IMG/VR virus record: IMGVR_UViG_3300010413_000020
Location: 43,282-107,281 of that record
DNA length: 64,000 bases
Origin: a virus
Direction: 5' to 3' (one strand)
How positions within the stretch are numbered: the stretch's first letter is position 1; every line of letters starts with the position of its first letter. The notes beneath the pieces are model-generated. The model ran no database searches, was not told the DNA's origin, and saw only the letters and a list, made by a program, of their open reading frames with translations. The translations under genes and the position numbers were made by a program. Positions 9,862 to 18,137 of the stretch are shown one piece after another.

Positions 9862-10005
9862 TAGCGCCCTAGCTTGATTGCAAAGAACGGAGCGTAACGC
9901 TCCAGCGTCTCTAACAGAGAGAAGCTCCGACAAAAGTCGCTGACCTTCTGGAGAGGGCCCTTTCAGGTCCTCCTGAAGACGGGACCTCGGCAAGAGGACA
10001 AACCC

Positions 10006-10831
10006 GGTACTGCTGTCATTAGATGGGGCTTTTATCCCCGGCCCGAGTGGCGTGGGCTTCCACGGGGCAGGCGGGCTCGGGGGTAAAAGAACCAGTAATG
10101 GCACTGCTGTCTTAACGTCCTGTTTAGGGTGCTCCTGATAGCCTGCGACTTGAAGAGGCGCGGCTCTCAGGGGCGTCCCTGAACAGGTGGTTCAGGCACT
10201 GCTGTCTTAACGGGCCGGAACTGGTCAGAACCGTGGGGTGAGCCGTGAGGCGAAACCCCGGTGAGGACCTAGTCCGGCTGTTCAGGCACTGCTGTCTTTA
10301 GAATCTAGTGGCCTGCCAAAGGAAAAGCGAAGCGATCCTTAGGCAGAGCAGACTAGAGACTAAGGCACTGCTGTCTTATTTTCTCAACGCGAAGCCGCCC
10401 GGCTGCAGCACACTACTGTGCGGAAGCCTGGTGCGGCTGAACGGGGAGAAAATAGGCACTGCTGTCTTATGGGGTCCACACCGCGCACTCCTCGGGGCTG
10501 CGGTGTGACGCCTAGGCACTGCTGTCCTATGCATTTGCCGCGGGCACTGCATGACATTTCCCGTCCAATTGAATGAAATGCCTGCGAGTGCCTCGCGTCG
10601 AATGATTGGGCACTGCTGTCTTGCATACGTTCCCCGTGCGAGGTGTAATGGTAGCCGAAGGGGCCATTATCACCTGCGGGGGAACATATACAGGCACCGT
10701 TGACTTTGCTCGGGCCCATGTGCCCAACGGCAGTGGGCTCCGTGCAAGGCACTGCTGTGATCTAGGAGACGAAAGCCACCACCCCGTGGTGAACAAAGTG
10801 AACCACTCAGGTGGTGGCGCGTTTCCTAATC
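10006..10831. repeat. Array of ten 12-nt direct repeats (GGCACTGCTGTC) separated by unique 43-83-nt stem-loop spacers
   Basis: Exact copies at 10100, 10195, 10285, 10364, 10455, 10515, 10609. Variants at 10006 (GGTACTGCTGTC), 10693 (GGCACCGTTGAC), 10748 (GGCACTGCTGTG). Every spacer is a long imperfect palindrome. Confidence 0.95.
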
Positions 10832-10908
10832 GCGACAATCAGTAATGGAGCGTATCGCTCCGACTCCGACAGCGCTCTGTTTTATAATACAGATGGAGTT
10901 CCAGTACC
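10006..10908 (-). ncRNA. Putative retron-like ncRNA: msr-like leader followed by ten msd-like hairpin/repeat units
   Basis: -10-like TATAAG at 10919-10914. Leader begins GGUACUG, complementary to the repeats, followed by G and two stem-loops (10863-10899, 10847-10861). No credible ORF. Confidence 0.55.
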
Positions 10909-10913
10909 AAAAG

Positions 10914-10921
10914 CTTATACC
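10914..10921 (-). promoter_or_regulatory. GGTATAAG promoter-like motif pointing into the array
   Basis: The same GGTATAAG core lies upstream of minus-strand units at 29086 and 63108. Confidence 0.5.
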
Positions 10922-10926
10922 GATAG

Positions 10927-13900
10927 TTAATCGATGTTTGTAAAATCGTAACGAATTTCTTCTTCAATAAAGTCGTAATCTTCTTGATTGAATTCTACAA
11001 CGGGATGTTCTGACAGGTAATGGTCAACAGATTGCAGTTCTCCATAAGAAGGGCCTACTTCTACATCCCAGGCAAAGGGTACAGGAAGCCATGGATATTG
11101 CTTAGCCACTCTGCGAACACCGTATTCTTTGAAGAAGTCCGGCATTTGTCCAATGTATTTTTTAGGCAGTTCGAAAACGATAGAATCATGTACAGTAATG
11201 AGCAGATGTCCTCCCATATCGCGAATAGGACCATCTACATCACAGAGAACACCCATCACAATATCTGAACTTGTACTTTGTATTTTGAAGTTAACCGCTT
11301 GACGTTCTGCTTTGGCAACCATATAGCGAGTCATTCCCTGTAGATCAAGACGTCGTCGGCGTCCGATAAACGTTTCAACTAACCCAAAGTTGTGTACCTG
11401 ATCTTTTGTAAGTTGAATATACTTCGGGATTGTGGGAAACATTCTAAAGAGAACATCGATAATTGCTTGTGCTTGGTCATTGGGAATTCCAACAATAACT
11501 GAGATTTTATTTTTACTGGCTCCATAAAGAATTCCAAAAACCACTCGTTTTACATTCTTACGAAGCTTATCGAGTTGTTTTCCATACCAAGGATCATCCT
11601 TCTCTATTTGTTCTCTATTTTGAAAGTCTTCGTAGGTCCAAGCGTGAACATCATCGATGCCTATTGTATCTAGAACTTTTTGTTTATCGCTTTCGCGTAC
11701 TCCCTGTAAGACGCTCTTAGGATTATAAACCATAGAGGAAAAGAAACTATGTGGGTCCATTCCATCATTTAAAGCTCGAATGAGGTTGGGGTCTTTACTG
11801 TACGCAGCGTAAACGCGCACTTCTGCGGCTTTGGCATCAGCGTTAACAATTAATTGAGTTTCGGGATTAGTGGGAATGAATATCTTTTTGATATTATGTG
11901 AACCGATTCGTTTAGGGATATTTTGCATATTTTCATCAGAGGATGATAGCCTTCCCGTTGCGGTTCCTGCTATATGAAAAGATGTGTGCATCTTTCCATC
12001 TTCTCGACTCAATGCTCTGATGTTTTCTACGAATGTGTTTCGTGCTTTGCTTACTCCTCGGTATTTAAGGAGAGCTTTGGCAAAGGGACAATCTTGTTGT
12101 GTTACAAGTCCTCTTAAAAATTTAGCGTCAGTTGAAATCTTGCCTGTAGGCGTGTAACTTAATTCTTCTTCAGTCAAATGATTATAAGATATTATCTCGT
12201 TAGTTTCGGGATGATAGAATCCCGCACCGAATAGAACTTTTCGAAGATGGGCAGTGCTATTAGGATTGAATTGCTCATCGAAGAGATTTGGTGGGATCAT
12301 TTTAAAGAGATCGATTTTAAGCATTATAATTGATTCATCCATATCGACGACTAAGTCTTCGATATATTTTTGGTCAACTGCCATACCGTAGAGTTCCATG
12401 TCTGCTAATATCTTAGAAGAAGGAATTAATCGCTCGAACATCAAATCTTTCAATGGGTCTTTGGAAGAACATTCAGGAGTAGCGATATTACGAAAATAAG
12501 GACTCTTACTTATCTCTCGACGTTGTTTTGCTAAGTGTTTATTCTCTTCTTCAATTCGAGCTCTTTGAATTGTGATAAGTTGTCGAGTAACATCGGCATC
12601 TACCGCGCCATATTCATTTAAGTCCTTTAAGGGAATATTAATAAAACCTTCGTCTTGCGCCAGTTTTTTAGCAGCGCCTTTTTCTTGAGCTGCTTCTTTC
12701 AATGCGTCTTTGGTTTCTAAACTATCCAAAATAGTTTTGAGTTGGTCTTCGTAACCTGAGTATTTTGGAATCATTAATTTAGTTAGGGCTTTCAGGCTAT
12801 AATAACCACGTTTATCCTCAGAAATTAAGTGCTCTCCCAACATCGTATCCCATGCAAATCTACGGACTTCCCAACCTTTACGTTGTAATACTTTGAGGTC
12901 GAACTTAGCGTTGTGAAATCCTTTGGGTTTAGGACATTGGAGTAACTGTGTAATATAAGGATGGACATCTGCCAGACTCCAAGGGGTTTCGGGGTGTTCA
13001 ATAGGGATAGACGCAGCTTTGCCTGGTGCCCAAGAAACTACAAGACTTAAGATTTTAAGTTTTTCACGATGAGGATATAGCGTATTGGTTTCAGTATCAA
13101 TTGCGATGACGTGGTTATCTGGGTTCTTTCCTGGAGGAGCGTATTCGACAACCATTTCTACGAGTTTACGCACGTCATCCAATTTCTTTGGAAAGATATA
13201 ATCTTTAATCAATTCACTTAAGGGCACTTCGGTATTAATAGTTTTTCCATGCTGTTGTTCGTAGACAGCATCCATAAACATTTCTACGTGCTGTTGGAAG
13301 ATTTTGTAGTATCCGGTTTTGACCAATAATGCACGTTTAGAAAACGTGGGAAATATAATTACAGGGCGATTACCTAATTTAGTCTCCAGGAATTTGCCTT
13401 GGACCGAAGCGTATTTTCCGATCTTAAGACCGAAAGACTGCACGACTGATGGCCCAAGGGCAAATACCATTATAGGTTGATCGTTATGTTTAGCGTGCTT
13501 GAATATTTCATCACGGAATTGAAGATAACAACATGAACGCATTCTTTTATTGGGTTTATCCACACTACATCTGACAGACGAAGTGTACCGACCAATAAGA
13601 TTAGCTGTGCGTTTGTGTGTGTCTTTATATTTTACGAAAGTATCCAGAATAACTTTTTCAACATCGTATCTCCAAGTAGTGTGATTTTTTACATCAGCTG
13701 ACGGCCCTGGAAGATAAGGCGATTCGGTAATGCAGAAATAATCGGCTCCAGTAGGGCCAATGCCCTCTGCATAATGTTCTTTGCGGTAAGCGGGACATTC
13801 CGAACACTTAGAACCTTTCCATGCATTAGGGCCACATAAATTACACTGTAAAAATTCAGTAGAGGTTTCGTTACCATTCGTGGTCACTTGCGTCTTTGGC

Positions 13901-13929
13901 CTGTTCGGTGGGTTTATCTTCGTCGGCAT
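10927..13929 (-). CDS. polA: Family A DNA polymerase with 3'-5' exonuclease and N-terminal UDG-like domain
   Basis: Exo motifs DTET, HNAKFD, YGAVDA; TGRLSS; motif A DAKAAEVR; motif B RKNVKRVVFGILYG; motif C VHDS. N-terminal CSECPAY..GIGPTGADYFCITESP resembles family-4 UDG. Confidence 0.92.
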   Translation of the reverse strand: MPTKINPPNRPKTQVTTNGNETSTEFLQCNLCGPNAWKGSKCSECPAYRKEHYAEGIGPTGADYFCITESPYLPGPSADVKNHTTWRYDVEKVILDTFVKYKDTHKRTANLIGRYTSSVRCSVDKPNKRMRSCCYLQFRDEIFKHAKHNDQPIMVFALGPSVVQSFGLKIGKYASVQGKFLETKLGNRPVIIFPTFSKRALLVKTGYYKIFQQHVEMFMDAVYEQQHGKTINTEVPLSELIKDYIFPKKLDDVRKLVEMVVEYAPPGKNPDNHVIAIDTETNTLYPHREKLKILSLVVSWAPGKAASIPIEHPETPWSLADVHPYITQLLQCPKPKGFHNAKFDLKVLQRKGWEVRRFAWDTMLGEHLISEDKRGYYSLKALTKLMIPKYSGYEDQLKTILDSLETKDALKEAAQEKGAAKKLAQDEGFINIPLKDLNEYGAVDADVTRQLITIQRARIEEENKHLAKQRREISKSPYFRNIATPECSSKDPLKDLMFERLIPSSKILADMELYGMAVDQKYIEDLVVDMDESIIMLKIDLFKMIPPNLFDEQFNPNSTAHLRKVLFGAGFYHPETNEIISYNHLTEEELSYTPTGKISTDAKFLRGLVTQQDCPFAKALLKYRGVSKARNTFVENIRALSREDGKMHTSFHIAGTATGRLSSSDENMQNIPKRIGSHNIKKIFIPTNPETQLIVNADAKAAEVRVYAAYSKDPNLIRALNDGMDPHSFFSSMVYNPKSVLQGVRESDKQKVLDTIGIDDVHAWTYEDFQNREQIEKDDPWYGKQLDKLRKNVKRVVFGILYGASKNKISVIVGIPNDQAQAIIDVLFRMFPTIPKYIQLTKDQVHNFGLVETFIGRRRRLDLQGMTRYMVAKAERQAVNFKIQSTSSDIVMGVLCDVDGPIRDMGGHLLITVHDSIVFELPKKYIGQMPDFFKEYGVRRVAKQYPWLPVPFAWDVEVGPSYGELQSVDHYLSEHPVVEFNQEDYDFIEEEIRYDFTNID

Positions 13930-16900
13930 GGGTTCCCTCGCTTACTGTTTCCGCATTTGTTGCCATTCCTTCCTGGGCGGCTTTAACGGTATCGTCGAGT
14001 GCTTCTTGGGCGGAATCTAACCATTCTTTTGCACGAAAAACGACAACGTCTTGTAGCTTAATACCTGCACCCAGATACGGTCCTACTTTCCGTAAAATAT
14101 TACTTTGTTGAACTTCTTTAGGAGATAGGGCGGCACGATGTCGTTCTAATGTATCTCGCAATCTAGAACCGGACATTCCGTAGGTCTTTAATTGAGAAGG
14201 GAGCAACCGCGGGACAGCTTGGTCGAGAAGCATTAAAAGCAATTCTTTCTCCTCATCAAAGTAGATTCCACAGGCGGAGGTATTTATTTCAGCTCGTTTT
14301 TCTGGGGATACTAATAGATTAGCTACAGAGACATTAATGTTGGTTTCTCTCTGATAAATTACTGGATTATACAACATTGAACCAAGGTAACTCTCGGATT
14401 CAGAAATAGTGGTTGCCCGAAGAATAGTACTCTCATTGCTGATAATATATTTACGAAAGAACGTCTTCCAATCGAGTCCCAACAATTTCATAACTGCAGC
14501 AGCACTAAATAATGAAGATGCATAACGCCACTCTACGGTAAATGGAAGAGTTGCTTGGAGTTCATGTGCTTCACGTCGAATTTCTTTTTCGTATTGAGCC
14601 AGAGTAATTGCGTGCGGGAACATCGCAGTTGTGACTTCGTGAGCCATCTCTTCAATGCGTGTTTGTCCAAACTCATGGAGAATGACATTTACGGGATTGT
14701 TCTTTCCCTTTATTTTTTTCATTTCAACCATGAGCATTCTATTGAGATCCTGCGGTCGTTCTGCTCCTTGAATTGCGGCAAAGATGATGGGCATGCGTAA
14801 TATCGATTCATAGTGAGTACCGTCAGGCCGTCCGCGAATACGACGAGTTTCTCCAGAGATAAGACCACGAACCATTTCGAGAATTTTTCTGACTTCTTCA
14901 CCGGTTCGAGTATTGTTGCTCTCAAACTCATCGAGAACTGCTAACCGAGAATCGCAATTACACATGCTCGCGACAGATGCTGCTGTGTAATTCTCTGTTC
15001 CTTGTGAGGCATACAACAATCTAATTCCCGCATAACCAAGACCTGAAAAAGTTGAGAGAAGACTAGTTTTTCCTGAATGGGTATCCCCACTAACAAACAG
15101 CATAAGCGGACGTTCAAATGCATCCATGATAGGAAAGACAAGCATAAGAGCAGCGAGCAGTTGTGTAGTTACTTCTTGATTCTTGAATTTGTATCCGATG
15201 TCATACAAATGAACCAGATCGTCATATAACTTCTTTAAATCTGCTTCTTTGCCATCATTAAGTTTTTTAATTGAGAGACCTCCTGGATACCAAGGTTCTT
15301 CAACATTGCCTTTAATTCCTACGTCGAAGATGATGCCGTTTTCAGATGGACCTTCCAACTGTTCATAGGTGACTTTAGGACCGTCTCTTCGGATAGCAAA
15401 GACATCAGCCCCGCAAACAAGATATTCAACCAAAGCTTTGGTTGGAAGTTCAATACAGTGATAACCTTGACGGTATTGGCGTGATGACATGAAATCGGGA
15501 GCTCCTCTCGCTAATGTTTGAATTGCTTCCCGTATGAAATAACCAAGTTGTTTATCCAATTTGTGTCTGACAAGTCCATCTGTCTGTTCGGGCAATTCTA
15601 GGAATGAAGGAAAACCTACTTTTTCAACAACGAAATCGAATAGAGTTCCTACAATCGGTGCTAGTTCTTGTTTAAGCGATTGTTCACTATCTAGTTTTAC
15701 ACGATTGAAACGTTTATTTCGTTTATCATATAAAACTAAATAGCGATTGCCTGCGTTAATTTCCGTTCCTACAACGAAGAGTAATTCTCTCAAAGCATCA
15801 GTACATCGCATGATGAATCCATTTTCACTTTCTTCACGCGATGCTATTTGTCGTCGTAGGATGTCGGGGTTTACATTGTATTTAGATGCAACGGCTTCAG
15901 AAAAAGCTTCGCATTCCAATCGGTCTTTCAAATACTTACCGTGCTCGGCGGCTTTTTCTATGAGATTGCGATAGTCATTTTCCGCTACTGCATCTAACTC
16001 TACAGATGCTCTCTCAAACGCCCAGTCCCATGCAGTAGTAAAGTTGTCGTTGAATTTATTCCAAATGAATTGAGAAACTTTAGGCTCACCTAATTTAACA
16101 ATAGCTTCATCTATGTCTTTACACCCAATCAGGTTATCCCAACCAACGAATACACGAGTTTCTAATTTAACAATTTTCTCTAACCAACTTTGTACGATTT
16201 CATTTCCTTTAGCAGATGGTGCGTCACCAATCAAATAAGCTTTGGAAATCCCCGAGGCTCTAAGAATTGGTTCAATATGCCCGGCTCCCCCCCGACCTCC
16301 AACCGAATATAGAGGATAACGAGCTCTGCCCGCTTGTGCAAAACGCGCCATTGTAGAGAGAACATCAATTTCTCCTTCAGTTAGATACGCATAATCTACT
16401 TCAGCTTTGGGGTCTACAAAACCACGGTATTGATCCCAACCTAAACCGAAAAGTCCAAGTAAATCTTCAAAGTCGTCGTCGGGAATTGATATTTGTTTGG
16501 GTTTGTTGTTATTGGGAGCCCTTAATTTGAGTCTTCCAATTTCCTTAGGATTAACGTGTAACGGAAATAAAACCGAACCAGCAAAATTGGCATCACGAAT
16601 ATAATTTTTCAAATATTCGAATGCTGGGTCTGCTAAGTTTTGTGGTTCAGATTTCTTATTCGTTTGATTTTCCCACTGCTTGTGTGCACGCCGGAAACGT
16701 TTAATCATTATTTCTTGAAGTCGTGTGAGTTCAGGCATAATCCCGACAGGTAGGGCATGGAGTACATCCTTGGGAATACTGCGTGCGTTTATTAACCAAT
16801 CTAATGCCTTTTTTGCTATTTGATTTTCTTTCTTATCAGGGTCGGCCAGCGCATCACACATGAAATCGTGTGTTACTCTATAAATTTCCTCCTTCATTTG

Positions 16901-17326
16901 TAGGTTTCTACGCTGTGCTTCCAGTTCTGCTAATGCCTTCTTAGGCAAGAAGTTCATTCCGAACTTTTCTCTGAGATGTTGAAATGCTTCTGCTTCAGAA
17001 GCGTCGAGAAAGAGACTAAGAAGCTCTAGGGGATTGGTAATATAATGACCGCACCCGAAACATTTAGCGTAACCCCTACCGGTATAGATGTAGAATGAAG
17101 GGTCTTTGTCATCGTGTTCGGGGTTAACGCAAAGTCCCTTCAGTATGTCTTTCCCCGCGGGAATAAAGTTATGTGAGCGTTTGTAGTTATTGGCTATGTC
17201 TAACCAGTTGTGTGTACCTACTTGCGCCCAAATCTTCCATAACTGATCCCTAGTCAGCCCTTTGTTCTTTTTCTTTGTTGCCATTGGTACCATCCGCATG
17301 TGCCGGACATATTCGTTGGTAGTCAC
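13871..17326 (-). CDS. DnaG-like primase fused to a C-terminal P-loop ATPase/helicase (start may be 17284)
   Basis: CHC2 finger CVNPEHDDKDPSF..KCFGCG; TOPRIM LTEGEID, IGDAP, KDIDE; Walker A GDTHSGKT, Walker B AVLDEFE. Confidence 0.8.
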   Translation of the reverse strand: MTTNEYVRHMRMVPMATKKKNKGLTRDQLWKIWAQVGTHNWLDIANNYKRSHNFIPAGKDILKGLCVNPEHDDKDPSFYIYTGRGYAKCFGCGHYITNPLELLSLFLDASEAEAFQHLREKFGMNFLPKKALAELEAQRRNLQMKEEIYRVTHDFMCDALADPDKKENQIAKKALDWLINARSIPKDVLHALPVGIMPELTRLQEIMIKRFRRAHKQWENQTNKKSEPQNLADPAFEYLKNYIRDANFAGSVLFPLHVNPKEIGRLKLRAPNNNKPKQISIPDDDFEDLLGLFGLGWDQYRGFVDPKAEVDYAYLTEGEIDVLSTMARFAQAGRARYPLYSVGGRGGAGHIEPILRASGISKAYLIGDAPSAKGNEIVQSWLEKIVKLETRVFVGWDNLIGCKDIDEAIVKLGEPKVSQFIWNKFNDNFTTAWDWAFERASVELDAVAENDYRNLIEKAAEHGKYLKDRLECEAFSEAVASKYNVNPDILRRQIASREESENGFIMRCTDALRELLFVVGTEINAGNRYLVLYDKRNKRFNRVKLDSEQSLKQELAPIVGTLFDFVVEKVGFPSFLELPEQTDGLVRHKLDKQLGYFIREAIQTLARGAPDFMSSRQYRQGYHCIELPTKALVEYLVCGADVFAIRRDGPKVTYEQLEGPSENGIIFDVGIKGNVEEPWYPGGLSIKKLNDGKEADLKKLYDDLVHLYDIGYKFKNQEVTTQLLAALMLVFPIMDAFERPLMLFVSGDTHSGKTSLLSTFSGLGYAGIRLLYASQGTENYTAASVASMCNCDSRLAVLDEFESNNTRTGEEVRKILEMVRGLISGETRRIRGRPDGTHYESILRMPIIFAAIQGAERPQDLNRMLMVEMKKIKGKNNPVNVILHEFGQTRIEEMAHEVTTAMFPHAITLAQYEKEIRREAHELQATLPFTVEWRYASSLFSAAAVMKLLGLDWKTFFRKYIISNESTILRATTISESESYLGSMLYNPVIYQRETNINVSVANLLVSPEKRAEINTSACGIYFDEEKELLLMLLDQAVPRLLPSQLKTYGMSGSRLRDTLERHRAALSPKEVQQSNILRKVGPYLGAGIKLQDVVVFRAKEWLDSAQEALDDTVKAAQEGMATNAETVSEGTHADEDKPTEQAKDASDHEW

Positions 17327-18068
17327 ACCAACCGCATAGAGGTCCTGGCCGCACCAAACTGTGTTTGTGAGCTTCGACAGTTGCTTCGTTAAGAAATTTT
17401 GTTATGTCTTCGAAGATAGGCTGAACGTCCCTCACGTCCTGCAACTTCTTAACGAATTCTATGGTATCTTCTTTCAAAAAATTAATACCCGTTTGAATGC
17501 GTTCCAATTCAGGCAAATGCGCCTTCAATAGAAGAGTATACGCATTGAACTGGGATTTAAAATAATTTAGAGCTCGGTACTTACCCGTTTTGTGGTCAAG
17601 GATTATTGCGTCATTTGTGCCTTTAAACGTCATATACAAATCAATAACTCCGCGCAAAAACCCATTGTTGTTAAAAAATTCAATAGGATTTCCATCAAAA
17701 TCTATTCCAAACCGTTGTTCCATCTTGGGCGCATTAGCATTATGCCGAGTACAATAAGCATTAAACTTCCGCAGGAAATTATAGGCGGCTGGTCTTAATG
17801 CCAGAGCTCTTTCTATTTCATTGGAAGTTAAATTGAATTCTTCAATTGCAAATTTAAACGCGGCGTCAACGGGGCGACCACAAAGAGCAAACTCTACCGC
17901 ACGGTGTACTGCTTGTCCTATGAGAGCATCAGCATTTGGAGGTAAATCCATCTTCTTTTTGGTGATATATTGAAGATAGAATTTGTGGGGGCACTGCTTG
18001 GCGGTATCAGCTTTACTGATTGACCAAGGAGCGTGTTCTTTGACAAATGTTGTGGGTTTAATTGTCAT
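17250..18068 (-). CDS. Cas4/RecB-like PD-(D/E)xK exonuclease
   Basis: N-terminal CPHKF, GVID, DHKTG, QxxxY, C-terminal CGWCDYQRIC (Fe-S type). Confidence 0.85.
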   Translation of the reverse strand: MTIKPTTFVKEHAPWSISKADTAKQCPHKFYLQYITKKKMDLPPNADALIGQAVHRAVEFALCGRPVDAAFKFAIEEFNLTSNEIERALALRPAAYNFLRKFNAYCTRHNANAPKMEQRFGIDFDGNPIEFFNNNGFLRGVIDLYMTFKGTNDAIILDHKTGKYRALNYFKSQFNAYTLLLKAHLPELERIQTGINFLKEDTIEFVKKLQDVRDVQPIFEDITKFLNEATVEAHKHSLVRPGPLCGWCDYQRICPAHADGTNGNKEKEQRAD

Positions 18069-18097
18069 TGGGTCACTCCTATATAGGGAGGAGAGAA

Positions 18098-18115
18098 AGG
18101 GGGATTATTCCCCCT
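18098..18115 (-). terminator. Putative intrinsic terminator after the 18138 gene
   Basis: AGGGGG-aataat-CCCCCT hairpin followed by a pyrimidine run on the minus strand. Confidence 0.45.
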
Positions 18116-18137
18116 AACTCCCTCGCTATTGTCTTAC

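Noticed and set aside
10236-10259. Hammerhead ribozyme (GAGCCGTGAGGCGAAAC resembles stem II plus GAAA)
   Set aside because: The CUGAnGA core is missing; the sequence is simply the apex of one spacer hairpin
10006-10831. CRISPR array
   Set aside because: The repeat is only 12 nt and not palindromic, spacers are long, variable (43-83 nt) and self-complementary, and there are no cas1/cas2/cas6 or effector genes in the window
9850-10845. ORFs 9850-10104, 10308-10508, 10384-10752, 10527-10838 and 10606-10845
   Set aside because: They overlap each other on both strands, lack clear RBSs or motifs, and are expected by chance in GC-rich DNA; repeat periods are mostly not multiples of 3
17990-17998. 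GGCACTGCT match to the array repeat inside the Cas4-like gene
   Set aside because: A single 9-nt match in 64 kb is compatible with chance, and it has no adjacent hairpin
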